A DNA stretch of 64,000 bases, from contig CM022669.1 of NCBI GenBank assembly GCA_012295275.1, positions 15,190,001 to 15,254,000 of the forward strand. Direction: 5' to 3'. The notes under the pieces were generated by a model. That model ran no database searches. It was not told the DNA's origin and was given only the letters and a program-made list of their open reading frames with translations. Below, piece after piece: positions 13,197 to 25,762 of the stretch (the stretch's first letter is position 1; each line of letters starts with the position of its first letter). The position numbers were made by a program, and so were the translations under genes. The DNA is from Chrysomallon squamiferum. Taxonomy: Eukaryota; Animalia; Mollusca.

Positions 13197-14357
13197 AAAT
13201 AAATAAATGAATGAATAAAAAAAAAAAATAAAAATAAAAAAATAAAAAAATAAATAAATAAAATTAAAAAAAAGTAAAATACGAGATCTGATTCTGGAAG
13301 TAACGAATACATCATTTATCAGCATAAGAAACTGTTAGCAAAAAAATGAAATGAATAAATGCCACATTATTAAACACAGTTACAGCTTTAAAACACGTTG
13401 CCAAAGTTACAAACAGCTTAACACTTTTTGCTTTAGTATATGAACACTGCCTAATTTCGTGAGTCATAATTATATGCAAGCGGGTCAAAATAACACGTAA
13501 AACGATGCAGTAATTGTTACATATTTTATTATAATTGTGTGTACGCAAGTGGTATTTGTATACAGTAAATTAATGAAGCCTATAATGTACTGCGCACAAT
13601 AAGTTAATAATTTGTTTACTTAGAATAAAATTTATTAATCAAAGTATTAGTATATACTGATCAATAGGAAGACCAGATAATGCAGGAATACAATAATGAG
13701 TAACTGGAAAGAAATCATCTCGCAGAGTATAGCGCAATACAGGACGATATTATGACAAAACAGTTTTCTGAGGCTTTAACCCAACACTATATCTCCATGA
13801 TGATGATAATGATGATGATGGTTTTTTAGACAGAAAAATTAAGATGCTTTGAATCAAGGGTTCTCTTACCATGCTAAATGAAGAAAAAACCGAAAGGTTT
13901 CTGTTCTGTTTGCTTTAATATTGAAGCGAGGACGTGTATAGTTGTGTTTGTTGAAAGAGAGAGGAAACTAGTCGCCTTTGGGAAATTATGATTTTTTTTT
14001 TTTATACTTAACCATATTATATATATATTTAACATGGTTCAGTAAAAAAAAAAAAAAAAAAAAAAAAATATTCATAATTTCACAAAGGACTATTTTCCTC
14101 TCTCTGTAAACAAACACAAAGTATGCATATCCGTAGTTCAATATTAAAACAAACAGAACGTAAACAATTTGTTTTCCTTCATTTGGCAATGGAAATTATG
14201 AAAACAATAGTATACATATTGCCCAATCTTTTTCTGACACGTATGAAATTGGCTTCATTAACAGCAATCACGGAAATTATTCTGTTAATAATCGCTAGTA
14301 TCGGTTGTTGTAATTGTGTGATTTGTATCTCATTTCATTCTGAAAGCAGGCGCCGAC

Positions 14358-14439
14358 ATGACGACTTTGATGAAGATTGCTGTTTGGTCTGCCATTTTGC
14401 TGCAGCTTATCGTAACAACTTTTGCACAGCGCATGGAAG
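14358..14439 (+). CDS. Micropeptide gene, coding exon 1: signal peptide MTTLMKIAVWSAILLQLIVTTFA + QRME; GC donor
   Basis: gccgacATG start just after a possible acceptor (tttcattctgaaagcag); n/h/c signal-peptide layout ending T-F-A; AAG|GCAAGT is a consensus GC donor in phase 1. Confidence 0.72.
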
Positions 14440-14519
14440 GCAAGTACACTGACTGTTTTCAAACAAACACGTTGTATCATTTAGTCACAGGCAGAATGAC
14501 TATACTCATATCTATGTAC

Positions 14520-14582
14520 GTATTTCTCTCCCTCTCTCTCTGTCTGTCCCTATCTATATGTCTGTCTGTCTGTCTGTTTGTC

Positions 14583-14615
<33 letters not shown>

Positions 14616-14890
14616 CCATCCATCCATCTATCCATCTATCCATCTATCATATATCTATCTATCTATCTATCTGTATACATCTGTCTATTTCTATATCTAT
14701 CTATCTCTATCCATCTATCTATTTCTATATCTATCTGTCTATCTCTATCCATCTATCTATTTCTATATCTATCTATCTCTATCCATCTATCTATTTCTGT
14801 CTATATCTATCTGTCTGTCTATCTATGTATTTGTATGTCTGTCTACTTATCTCTCTATTTTTTTATCTATCTATATATATTTATCTATCA
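14520..14890. repeat. (ATCT)n-like degenerate satellite in intron 1 of the micropeptide gene
   Basis: Direct observation; produces the spurious YLSI-rich part of ORF 14358..15380. Confidence 0.9.
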
Positions 14891-15519
14891 ATCGACATAT
14901 TCACATAAACATATTTTTTTTTTCCCCGTGTACGCACAAATAAAAAAACAACAACAACAACAACAACAAAAACACCCGAAAAACAAACGAACTATAAAGA
15001 GATATTTCAAACATTCTAATTTTTACGCGAACGGCAACAATTTAGTTTCGAGCGGCGAAAATTTCAGTTGTCGAATTAGACAAACACTTCGTAAATTCGA
15101 TTCAGAATTTCACTTATCTGTGAAGTTGACGATACACTATCTTCTTTTCCCAAGTGTAAAAACGTTTAGCACGTTAAACGACAACACGCTTCTGTTAATC
15201 TACAGGACAGACCGAAACATGGCTACTGTTCGGTTTAAGAAGAATAATTCGACTCAGCCGGAAGAAAACAAATCCCAAAAGAGAGCGGGGGAAAATCCAT
15301 TAATTCTGACCAACCTCTGTTTTAGAACAGACGTTTCAGGGTGTTTTTTTCCCCATTCTTACAAATACCAGATGTTTTAACTTTTCAACTGTCATTGTCT
15401 TTTTCTTTCTCTCCTTTTTTTTTTTCTCCAGTATTTGTATCTATATCTCTCTGTTTTATCTATCTTTTTCTCTTACTATCTAATTATCTGCCTGTCTGTC
15501 TGTATGACATCCATGCATC

Positions 15520-15533
15520 CATCTATCTGTCTG

Positions 15534-15628
<95 letters not shown>

Positions 15629-15680
15629 CTCTATGTATATATATATCGATCTATCTATCCATCCATCCATCCATCTATCC

Positions 15681-15748
<68 letters not shown>

Positions 15749-15980
15749 GTCTATCTATCTGTCTGTCTGTCTACCGTTTTGTCTATCTGTCTAATAATGT
15801 ATCTGTTTAGCTGTATATCTGTCTGTCGGTAAATCTATAAATCTCTCTGTCTGTCTGTCTGCTTCTGTATCTATCGCTATTTATCTATCTATCTATCTAT
15901 CTTTCTATCTATACATCTATCTATCTATCTCTATATATCTGTAAATCTATCGAACTATCTGTATATCTATCTGTCTGTTT
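15520..15980. repeat. (ATCT)n microsatellite
   Basis: Direct observation. Confidence 0.9.
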
Positions 15981-17430
15981 ATCGTCCATTCTACTGTTTG
16001 TGTTTCTCTACGTATACGTTACTCTGTCAGACTATATCAGCCTCCATTTTTTTTCTCTCTGTTTTTCTAAACTCTGTAATTTTTAAAAAAAACTTTATTT
16101 TGGATATTACACTTGTAATCCTGTAATCTGATCTAAGTTTGACTCGAGGTAAGGGAGAAGCAAAAGCAAACAAAATAAAAACTAGACATAACCTGGAGTA
16201 TTAACACTTTTTAGTTCGTTGATATTTGTTCTCTGCTGTTTTGCTTTTAGTTATTTGTGTTGGTTTTGATGTTATTTTATCTCTCTTGTTATTTGCTGAG
16301 ATTTTTTCCCTCAGATTTTCTGTCTGTTACTAATACCGTTTTTGTGTTATTTTTTTGTTCATATTCTTGTTCTTGTTCTCTTTTTCTCTGTTATATGTTA
16401 CAGATTTTTTTTTTCCTTTTCCTTTTAATGATAGATTGAGCATTTTAAAATGTATTTATTTATTTATGTATGTATGTATATGTATGTATTTATGTATGTA
16501 TGTATGTATGTATGTATGTATGTATGTATGTATGTGTGTATGTATGTTTATATGTATGTATGTATGTAATGTATGTATGTATGTGTGTGTGTGTATGTAT
16601 GTGTATATGTTTATATGCATGAACGTATATATATGCATGCATGTATGTATTTATTTATCTATTTATATTTTATTTTTTTATATGTTTGTCAGTTTGTTTG
16701 TGTATTTGTTTGTTTATTGTTTATTGGTTGGTTGGTTTCGCTATTATTGTTTTTTTCTTTGATAGTTGTCTTATTTTTACTTTCTTTGTTGTTCTTTTTC
16801 CTGCTCTGTCTCAGCTCAGAGGTTTAAACAAAAAAAGCTTCTTGAATGTTTTAACAAACTGATCTCAGGTCTAATCTACATTAATCATCTGCGGGGAGGA
16901 ACTCGACTGTCTTGATACAGGAATCTTGATCCAGCGAGCAGATGCTGATGATGTGATAACGTAAAACGAGTTTACCTAAACCTAATGACGTAAAAAAAAA
17001 AAAAAAAAAAAAATTAAAAATAAAATGGGTTACCTGTCCGTTAAACAGTAAAACTCCTCTGCAGTAGATGTTTGCCTTCTGATAGATAAATAGTTATAAT
17101 CGTCATTGTTGTCGTCTTTCGTCTTCTTATTGTCGTTAGCATCATTTCGTTTTACATCAAAGGAGGTGAAAAAGTACAAGGGGGTATTTTGTGCTTCTGT
17201 TCAGAAGTCACACAGCCGATTCATCATCAGAAAAATTGAATTAAGGGAAATTTTCACTATTCTGCATAAATGTATGTGTGTGTGTACGAATCTATCTATA
17301 TGTCTTTTTGTCTTTCTGTCTGTCTGCCTGTCTATCTATGTATCTATCTATTTTGGGGTTTATGTAAGATATGCATAAACAAAGTTTTAAAATCTGAAGT
17401 TAATTAATATAAATGATTATTTATTTACAG

Positions 17431-17454
17431 ACCGAGACTATGACGACGATGATT
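17431..17454 (+). CDS. Micropeptide gene: 24-nt microexon (D)RDYDDDD(Y)
   Basis: ttatttacag|accgagactatgacgacgatgatt|gtaagt; consensus splice sites; phase 1-1; open frame; GC-richer than its flanks. Confidence 0.75.
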
Positions 17455-18097
17455 GTAAGTGTTTTTGTTTGTTTGCTTACTTTGTCTTTAAATTCCTTTA
17501 ATTCTGTCTTATTTTAGAGCTCGTATCAGTTCCTATCCATCCGTCGATGTCTCTCTATATATCTGTCTGTCTCTCTTTATCTATTTCTCTATCCATCCAT
17601 CCATCCATCCAACCATCTAATTACCTTACTATTTATTAACTGTTTATTTATTTATTTCTCTCTGTCTTCTTGTGTATCTGTTTTAACATTTTTCTCGCGA
17701 ATTATGTGTATATGTAAATCTGTATGTTGTATATCTGTATTTGTATGTCTCTACAAGTAGATATATATATATATATATAAAATGTATGGTTATAATTAAG
17801 CACAAGTAACTATAACGAATCTATATGTATCTACACGTACGAGTATTTTTGTAGGTTTCTTTTCGTGTGTGCACGTATATGTTTGTGTGTGTTTATTTTT
17901 ACTGATCGCTTAGAGTTATCGGTAATTTTTTATTTGTTTCCCGTTTATGTCTATTAATTAACCTTCGATTCCTAATATCTGTTCATGTGTACGTTATCAG
18001 TCTACCTACCTGTACGCCTGTCTACCTGTCTATATACCTGTCTACCTGTCTATATACCCTACCTGCCCGTTTTACGCATGTTTCGATTTGTTTACAG

Positions 18098-18204
18098 ATT
18101 ATGATGTTAAAGTCTTGTCCTCGGGAGCAATGAACGGAAGCGGAAATCGTTTTCCTATCCTGACTCTGATCTGTGTTACGCTTTCGGTGTTTCTGAAACG
18201 CTAG
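18098..18204 (+). CDS. Micropeptide gene: last exon (Y)YDVKVLSSGAMNGSGNRFPILTLICVTLSVFLKR*, GPI-type signal
   Basis: tttgtttacag| acceptor, phase 1; SSGA/NGS omega-like residues, a polar spacer, then a hydrophobic tail ending at TAG; AATAAA about 95 nt downstream. Confidence 0.75.
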
Positions 18205-18297
18205 CGTAAAATGCCTGATGAGTACCAGTCTCTGCCAATGTCAAACGTGCATAAATAACGTTTTAGAATCCTTCTGGAAACAGTAAATGAAAATTAT

Positions 18298-18303
18298 AAT
18301 AAA
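18298..18303 (+). promoter_or_regulatory. Candidate poly(A) signal of the micropeptide gene
   Basis: First AATAAA after the stop at 18204, followed by T-rich sequence. Confidence 0.4.
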
Positions 18304-21300
18304 ATATTGAATTCACCGGTATTTTCTTTATTATTAATTAATTAATTTTTGAATTTTATAGGTTTTTGGGATGTGTTTTTTTCTGTTTACCGAAAATCGT
18401 TTCAAAACATAAATTAACGTTACGTTTTGATGTTATTTTAATTCTATTCTCTCACCCATGATGATCAGTTCTGTTCATTTTTCTTTTGCAACTGAATACA
18501 GAAAAATAAACAAATGAGGTGACTGAAATAAACCACTTATCTGCGGCTCAGTTTTCCTTTCCTTGAAAATCCAATCAACGTAAGAAGAGAAAGATCGGCA
18601 TGTTTCAGATTACCCACCTCTGTTATTATTAATCTCAAAACTGGTCGTGATAATAGCCATACCGGGTTTCTCAATTTACAACAAATGCAGCGTATTTTAG
18701 GTGTCATAGCTAATTACAGCTCCGATTTATTACCAAAATACACACAAAAAAAATTATAACGCTTAACAAAAAAGGTCAGGGCAGTTTGGCTACGCTTTCT
18801 TAAAGGGGTTTCAACTGCGTTTTGGGTGCTACTCCAACGGCAGACTTTGTGCACAATGTACGAGCAGAAGCCAGTGATGGAATTAAGGAAGCTAATTGCA
18901 AAAGCTGGCAGTCAGAACTTCTCCTAATGTAATAGCAAGAAACAGATGTCCATCACGGTGACAAGCGGTGATCTATCAGTTCTGACACCTATCAGATTAG
19001 GTGGACGTTTATTGAACGGGGCATTTTTACGCTCTTCACCGGAAATGACGTGTGATCAATGGCAAAAGCGTTAATAGGGTTGAGGACACGTGGAAGTAAT
19101 TAATTGGTTTGAATTTCGCGCAGAAATGTTGAGTTCTGCGATACAGTAACCTTCTAAAAGAAGTTTTAACTCACAACCGCCAAGTGACTGAGTTTCTTTT
19201 TTTTTTTTGTAATATTTTTTTTTTTTTAAAGACGTATGTGCAATTGCTACTCTGATGCAAAAGTTCAGTTTGATTTTTTTTTTTTTTTTTTTTTTTTTGA
19301 CATGGCGTTAAAGAACTGAAAAAAAAAAGTGTTCATTTAGTACAAATTATTATATGCAGTATATTTAAATTACTTTCTCATTTAAGACAGTTATGTGTTT
19401 TCTTACCGACATTCATTCTTTTCATCTCGGTACATGCGTTCTCAGATGCCTTAAACCAAACAAAAGTCAAAGAAATCTTTAAAAAAAAAAAAATAAATAA
19501 ATAAATAAAATTGACCTAAGATTCTGTTAACGAAAAAAAAAAAAAAAAAAAAATTTGATAAAATTTTAAAAAAAACTTATTTTATTTATGTTTATTTTAC
19601 TCGAGATATTTTTTTTTTTTTTAATTGTTTTTTAATTTTTTTTTTTTTTTTTTAAATACTAATTCTTCATGCAAACGTTTTTTGAACTCAGGAAGCATTA
19701 AAATGGTATTAATTTTTTTTTTTTTTTTTTTTATATACAGCAAATACTGCCTTGTTTTTAATGAAGTGCCAGCCAGAACGTAATGTATGACATTCGTTTT
19801 ATAAATAATGTAGTTTTTTAATCTTTAAAAACTTTAACTGATACTTTAATTGCTGTTCCATCACCACCACGACTGTCACAACTGCAACTACAACTACCAC
19901 CATAACCTCTACAACTGGTATATCATAAATAGTAGTAGTAGCAGCAGCATTAGTAGCAGTAGTAGTAGTAGAGTAGTGACAGTAGTAGCAGTAGTAGAAT
20001 AGTGACAGTAGTAATAGTAGTAGTAGTAGTAGTAGTAGAATTGTGACAATAGCGGTAGCAGAAGCAACTAGCCCCCAAAAAACAGTAAAATAAACAATGG
20101 TTTTTAAATATATTGTGTCAACAATATTAAACCAATTGTTCCCGGTATGAAAACATTATTGGGAAAAAAAAATCAAATATAAAAAAAATTAGCAAAGACA
20201 CAATTATATTTTTTTTTTCGTAGAAAGGTTTCTTAATTCACAGATGTCCACAGAAAGAAAGAAAAAAGAAATTAACATCATCTCTCTTGATGTTCGATGC
20301 TAAGAGAAGAAGCCATAGTGATGAATTGAGAGGTTATGAAAGAGATTCTTAATTAGCTTTTAGTCCTCTTTTTTTGTCAACTTTTGCTTGTTCTACTATT
20401 ACAGTTACTTGCTGAAATGAACAAAGAGAATATTGAAACTCAGTGAGTCACAGCTGTCAGGGATGTTTTCATGCAAAAAAAAAGCATGTCACTATGCTAA
20501 TCTGGACAAGACATTGGTTTAACAGAACGAAATCGCATTGAACAAGAACAGAAAACAAATTACAAAAAAAAAAAAAAAAAAAAAAAAAAGAAAGAAAGAA
20601 ATAAAAAAAAAGAAGAAATAAAAAAGAAAAAAGGAAACGAAGAAAAGAAAAAAAAGAAAAAAAAAGAATTAAAACGAGAGAAACCCACTGATCTTAATTT
20701 CAAACGGTGCAGCTTCATTGCTAATTAGATTGCACAAGACATTTGCAGTTACCGATGGCGAACCCGCGCTCTTTTCGATTAGGTTTAAAGCTTGCAAATT
20801 ATCAGTCCCCACAGAACGATATTCTTCTACAGTTAACTTGTAAATCTCAGCTCTAAAGCTTTTGAAAAGACAGAATTTCATCGCCCTTCAAACGTTTTCC
20901 TAACAAATTCTTCATTCCCCTGGAGAATCACATGTATAATTTCCACTCTAACTTTAATGTTCTTTCACTTCTCCTCAGCCATTTTGACCAGAAAGAGATA
21001 CCGAGGCGTCATTTCGTCTTTTGATCATGAATTGACGTTCTATTTAAATATAATTATAGCTAAAGAGTTGAATTATATTTATGTATAAGGACAATAACTG
21101 CTGATAAAACCAGAAAGAAAGTAACAAAAAAGCTCGAAATATCCTAGATACTGATAATGTTAATTTACTTGTGTATTTGTTTTTTTTTTTTTTTTTTTCT
21201 CCCTTTTATGTGTTTGTTTATTTATTTATATATAATACTTACTGTATTAATTTCTCGGTATGTTCCCAAAACTGGCAGTTCCAGATTAGGTAAGCGGTGA

Positions 21301-23548
21301 GGTGTTCTAATCCGCTTCCAGAAATGGGAAAACTGGCGTGAGCAATTAAGGCCAATTTAGACGCATGGGGATAACGAGATGTGTGAAGAACAGAGGAGGG
21401 CGATTAACGAGATTAACCTTAATGAGCAGTGAAAAGCAGAGGTGAGCCGGAATAGAGATTGCAAGAAAATTAATGTTATATCTCATAAAAATTTGGAGAC
21501 AGGAAATGCTACCTTAAGACAAGCACAAGCTCTTTCATCTGGTTTGGAGTACCTCACGTTTACCCGGGACACGGCTTCCTACTTGTCAGTTTGCGGTGGA
21601 GTGCTTTCTGGGACATTTTGTGTGTAAAGTGTGACTGAATGTGCTTTCAAATTGTGGACAAAATACTGTTTAACAAAAGTATATCAATTAAGGTGATGGG
21701 CCATCAGTTAAGGTGACGGAACACCAATTAGTAAGGGTGAGAAATAAACTGCCAGAAATGGAACAACTGGCGTGTCCAATTAAGATGTGTTATAATCTCA
21801 CTGCCAGAATCGGGAATAAACCAATTTCTCTTCAGATGAACAATATTATTTCACACACTCATACAAATGCTTTGTGTCACTGACGGCACAGTTGTTTCCG
21901 ATTGAAATAACTCAGCAACTTCACATTTTACATCAAACCGCCCCCAAAAAGCAATAAAAAGTGATAAAATAAAATGGATATGAGACACACACACACGCTC
22001 ACATAAATAAATACATATATATAATTTTAAAAATAAATAAATAAAATAAAATAAAATTATATTAAAAGTTAGTGTCAGAAACAACCACTCAGTTGCTTTC
22101 TTTTCTTTATCCATGCTTTCTTTCTCTCTTTCTTTCTGTTCATACTAAAGCTAAAACAAAGGAAGGAATGAGGTTAAATTAAAACCAGTAATTTGGAATA
22201 AGGATGTCCGCGAATTAGACCATACCCTGTAGACTGACGATCTTGTAACGAGAAATGACTGCTATCGTTTCTGACAAGTATCTGTTAAGCATGCGGCTGT
22301 TTCACTTGTGGGTAACTATAATTAATTAGAAATAATTCGGGAGCGAAATCTTCTCGGGATTAAGAATTGGAGACGAGAAAATTCTCGAATGTGGAACACG
22401 AGTTGTCGGCCCTGTGATGTTCGGGCTCTCGTAATTACGATTTGATCCGAATGTCTGCCTGTTGAGACGTGCCGATCTATGCGGTCATTACCGAACCAAT
22501 AGAATGTTCTAGCGGCAAATAATTAGCCAATTTGTGTGTCTTCTTCAATTACAAGAAAGTCATCAAATGGTGAATAACATCTGGAGTAAAATAGCTTTCA
22601 ATGATAAGTGAGAAAAACCCGAGTGATGGCTTGAGGTACAGCTGCATACAAATGGCCGACGCTGTTATTCGTCTCCAACTTTTTTCGTTGTTAGTCGAAT
22701 GTTTCACGAGGCAAACAGGCAATGTTTTTAAATGATATCGGTTAACGTTGCAGTTTGGCCTTTGATATTACTGCTTGTATTTTGATAAGAATAAGACATT
22801 GTTAACAATCTTTATTAAACTCTACAATAAATAAATAAATAAATAAATAAAAGTAATAAATAAAATAAAAATAAAAATTGTTTGTTTTTTATTTTTGTTT
22901 ATTTATTTATATATATTTTAATAATTCTTTTGTTTTGTGATGTATGGAAAGAGAGAGCTTGAAAACAAAATATGAAAAATACATTAAATTTTAAAGAAAA
23001 GAAAGGAAGAAAAACGAAAACTAAAATTGATCAAATACGACGGAAAAACATCGTTTTGAAGAAAAAAAGAAACATCACTATTAAGTATTATGCTCTCTCT
23101 ATATCTCTCTCTCTCTCTGTTTTTCAGTGAAACACCAACTCCCTAATTTGTACTGACCGATATATTTTTTTTTTTTTTTTTTTTGTATTGCAAAACCCAT
23201 TTCGTGCTGAAACATAACCAATTTTCCGAAATCCTCAATCAGCTCCTGACTTAGATTATCAAAGATAGGCTTTGAGTAATAAATCACTTGTTAAAAGAAG
23301 CACAGGCTGTTAAAACTTTATTCTGAAATAGCTGACACATCTGTCTGATTGGAGATTCAGAGTCCTAGTGTCGTGACACACGCGTTTTTCAGTCACTTGT
23401 CTTTTTACCTCTACCAGTGCAGATAATTAGGTTAAGTATGGATATAAATACTGTAATATGAATATGTTAACTATATCATCATCCGTAGCAGAAGAACAGT
23501 CAAAGAAAGAGATAAACAGACTTACAGACGGATGTATATATATGTGTG

Positions 23549-23672
<124 letters not shown>

Positions 23673-25689
23673 GTTTGAAATAGTGTTGGTGTGTGATAGA
23701 AACGGTTCGGGGAGTGATAAGAGAAACGTCTAAACTCAAACGGTTTTAATAATGCAAAATAAAACATAACCAACTTACGAAAACAGAAACAGAAAGCAAG
23801 AACAAACACAACAAAAATTTTAGAATCCCTTTCTCATAAATCTGTAATACCTAGATTAAATTAAACGACTCTTTAACATTTCTAACATGTTTTCAGTCGC
23901 CAGTTATCTTCGATTTCTGTTAACATTCTGTCTGTTAATTCAGTGCTTGTAAGAGCATTTCTGTGTTCACCGAGGAATGTGGTTACTGGTATTCAAAATG
24001 GACATATACATGAGGAAACGCTTGCATTGTCAGTTTGTAGCATATCTGTGTGTTTTTTTCTTTCTGCGGTTAAAGGTCTTCGTCCGCAGTGGAAATATTG
24101 TAATTTCTAACGTGGTAAATCATAACAATCCTCATCAGTATTTGTCCTTGGTGTGTCTATGTGCAGTAGCCCGACCAGAAGTAATGAGACCAACGATTTT
24201 CTGGGATATTTCTTTAATTCATATTTCATTAGCATCATCATCAGCATCATCATCAGCATCATCATCAATAACAGCAGCAGCAACAACAACAACAATAATA
24301 ATAATAGTAATAAAAACTATGATAATGTTGGTTACAGTAGTACCCCCCAAAAAAAACCTTCTTTCGCTGAGTATATAAAATAAGTACATCAAAAAATATA
24401 TATAAAATAAATAAATAAATAATCCACGGCATAAACTGTATTAAAATGGCACAAAACGATTAAGTAACCAGAATTAATTGGATTGCTCGAGTTTCTAACG
24501 AGAAATATTTTTCTGTAAAGTATTATTAATCAAAATGAATTATTCACTGTTTTCTGTCAGAAAAGAATATAATAATAAAAACGAATAAATAAATCAAATA
24601 ATATTTTTTATTTTTTTATTATTATTATTTTTATTTTTTTTAAAGTGAAAAATGGGAAAATAATTTTAAAAAAGTGAAGAAAAAAATTAAAAAAAGAATA
24701 ACAAAAGAATAACATTTTAAACGTATAGATTTCAGTCAGCTCTCTGACACATTATCAATAACGTAAAGGAAAATGATTATGCTGCCAAAACAATTAATTT
24801 TATCCTAATGATATTAACGACGAAAACGCTCTCACTTCTACAAACTCAGTCACAAACAATTAAATGCTACATTTTTATACTTATACATATTTATACGGGT
24901 AATAAAACATTTTAAAAATTATAGCCTTCTAAATGAGATACGAAAAAACAAATATTTACGCATCACCTACAGATAACAGTTTTCACAGAAAGAGAAAAAA
25001 AATATATATATTCAAGCCTGGGACAAAAACTGAACGAGTCTTTTTTAGAAATCTGTAACAGCATCCCGCCGATGTAACACGAATAAAAGAAACGGACAGA
25101 ACACGACTCGGGTTTGCTCCGTCAGGTCAAAGGGTAAAAAGAAGGACACGATCTCTTGGAGAGTTCTTCAGGCAAAGCACACGAAGCGATCCCAGAGGAA
25201 AAGCAGGTGGTTTTAACGTGAATGCTAATCAAAGAGAAATCTTATCACAGCTCAATCAATCACAAAGACGACTCTTGAAGAGAAACCAGGCTCGAGCTTT
25301 TTCTTTTCATTTTTCTTCTTCTTTTTTTTTTTCTTTTTTTTTTTTCTTCTTTTTCTTTGTCTTCGGCGCGGATGAATAACAGGGCCCGGGTTTTCGTGTT
25401 TTAATTTGCTAAATTACAACACGCCATGGTCAGTGACGGTGCATCGGTGGTCAGTTTAAAACCGACTGGTCAGTGTCGACTCATCGATCATCGGCTGATA
25501 GGAGAGTAATCATTTCTGACCACGCTTTATCGAACCGGGAGCACAGGCTTTTTGGAATAAGCGGGTCTAATGGTATGTGTGATGCCTCTTGTATTTGTGG
25601 GGGGGGATGTATGTGTTTGTCTGTATGAGTGTGTGTGCATATGTGTGTGATAGAAAGAGAGCTAATGAGAAGGACAGTTGAAGAGAGTG

Positions 25690-25762
<73 letters not shown>

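Noticed and set aside
15206-15232. Possible 27-nt extra exon (G)QTETWLLF in the micropeptide gene
   Set aside because: Weak pyrimidine tract and donor (gtttaa); likely chance.
14440-15380. Remainder of the 340-aa ORF 14358..15380 as a membrane protein
   Set aside because: After codon 27 it runs through an (ATCT)n satellite; a consensus GC donor at 14440 explains the real exon end.
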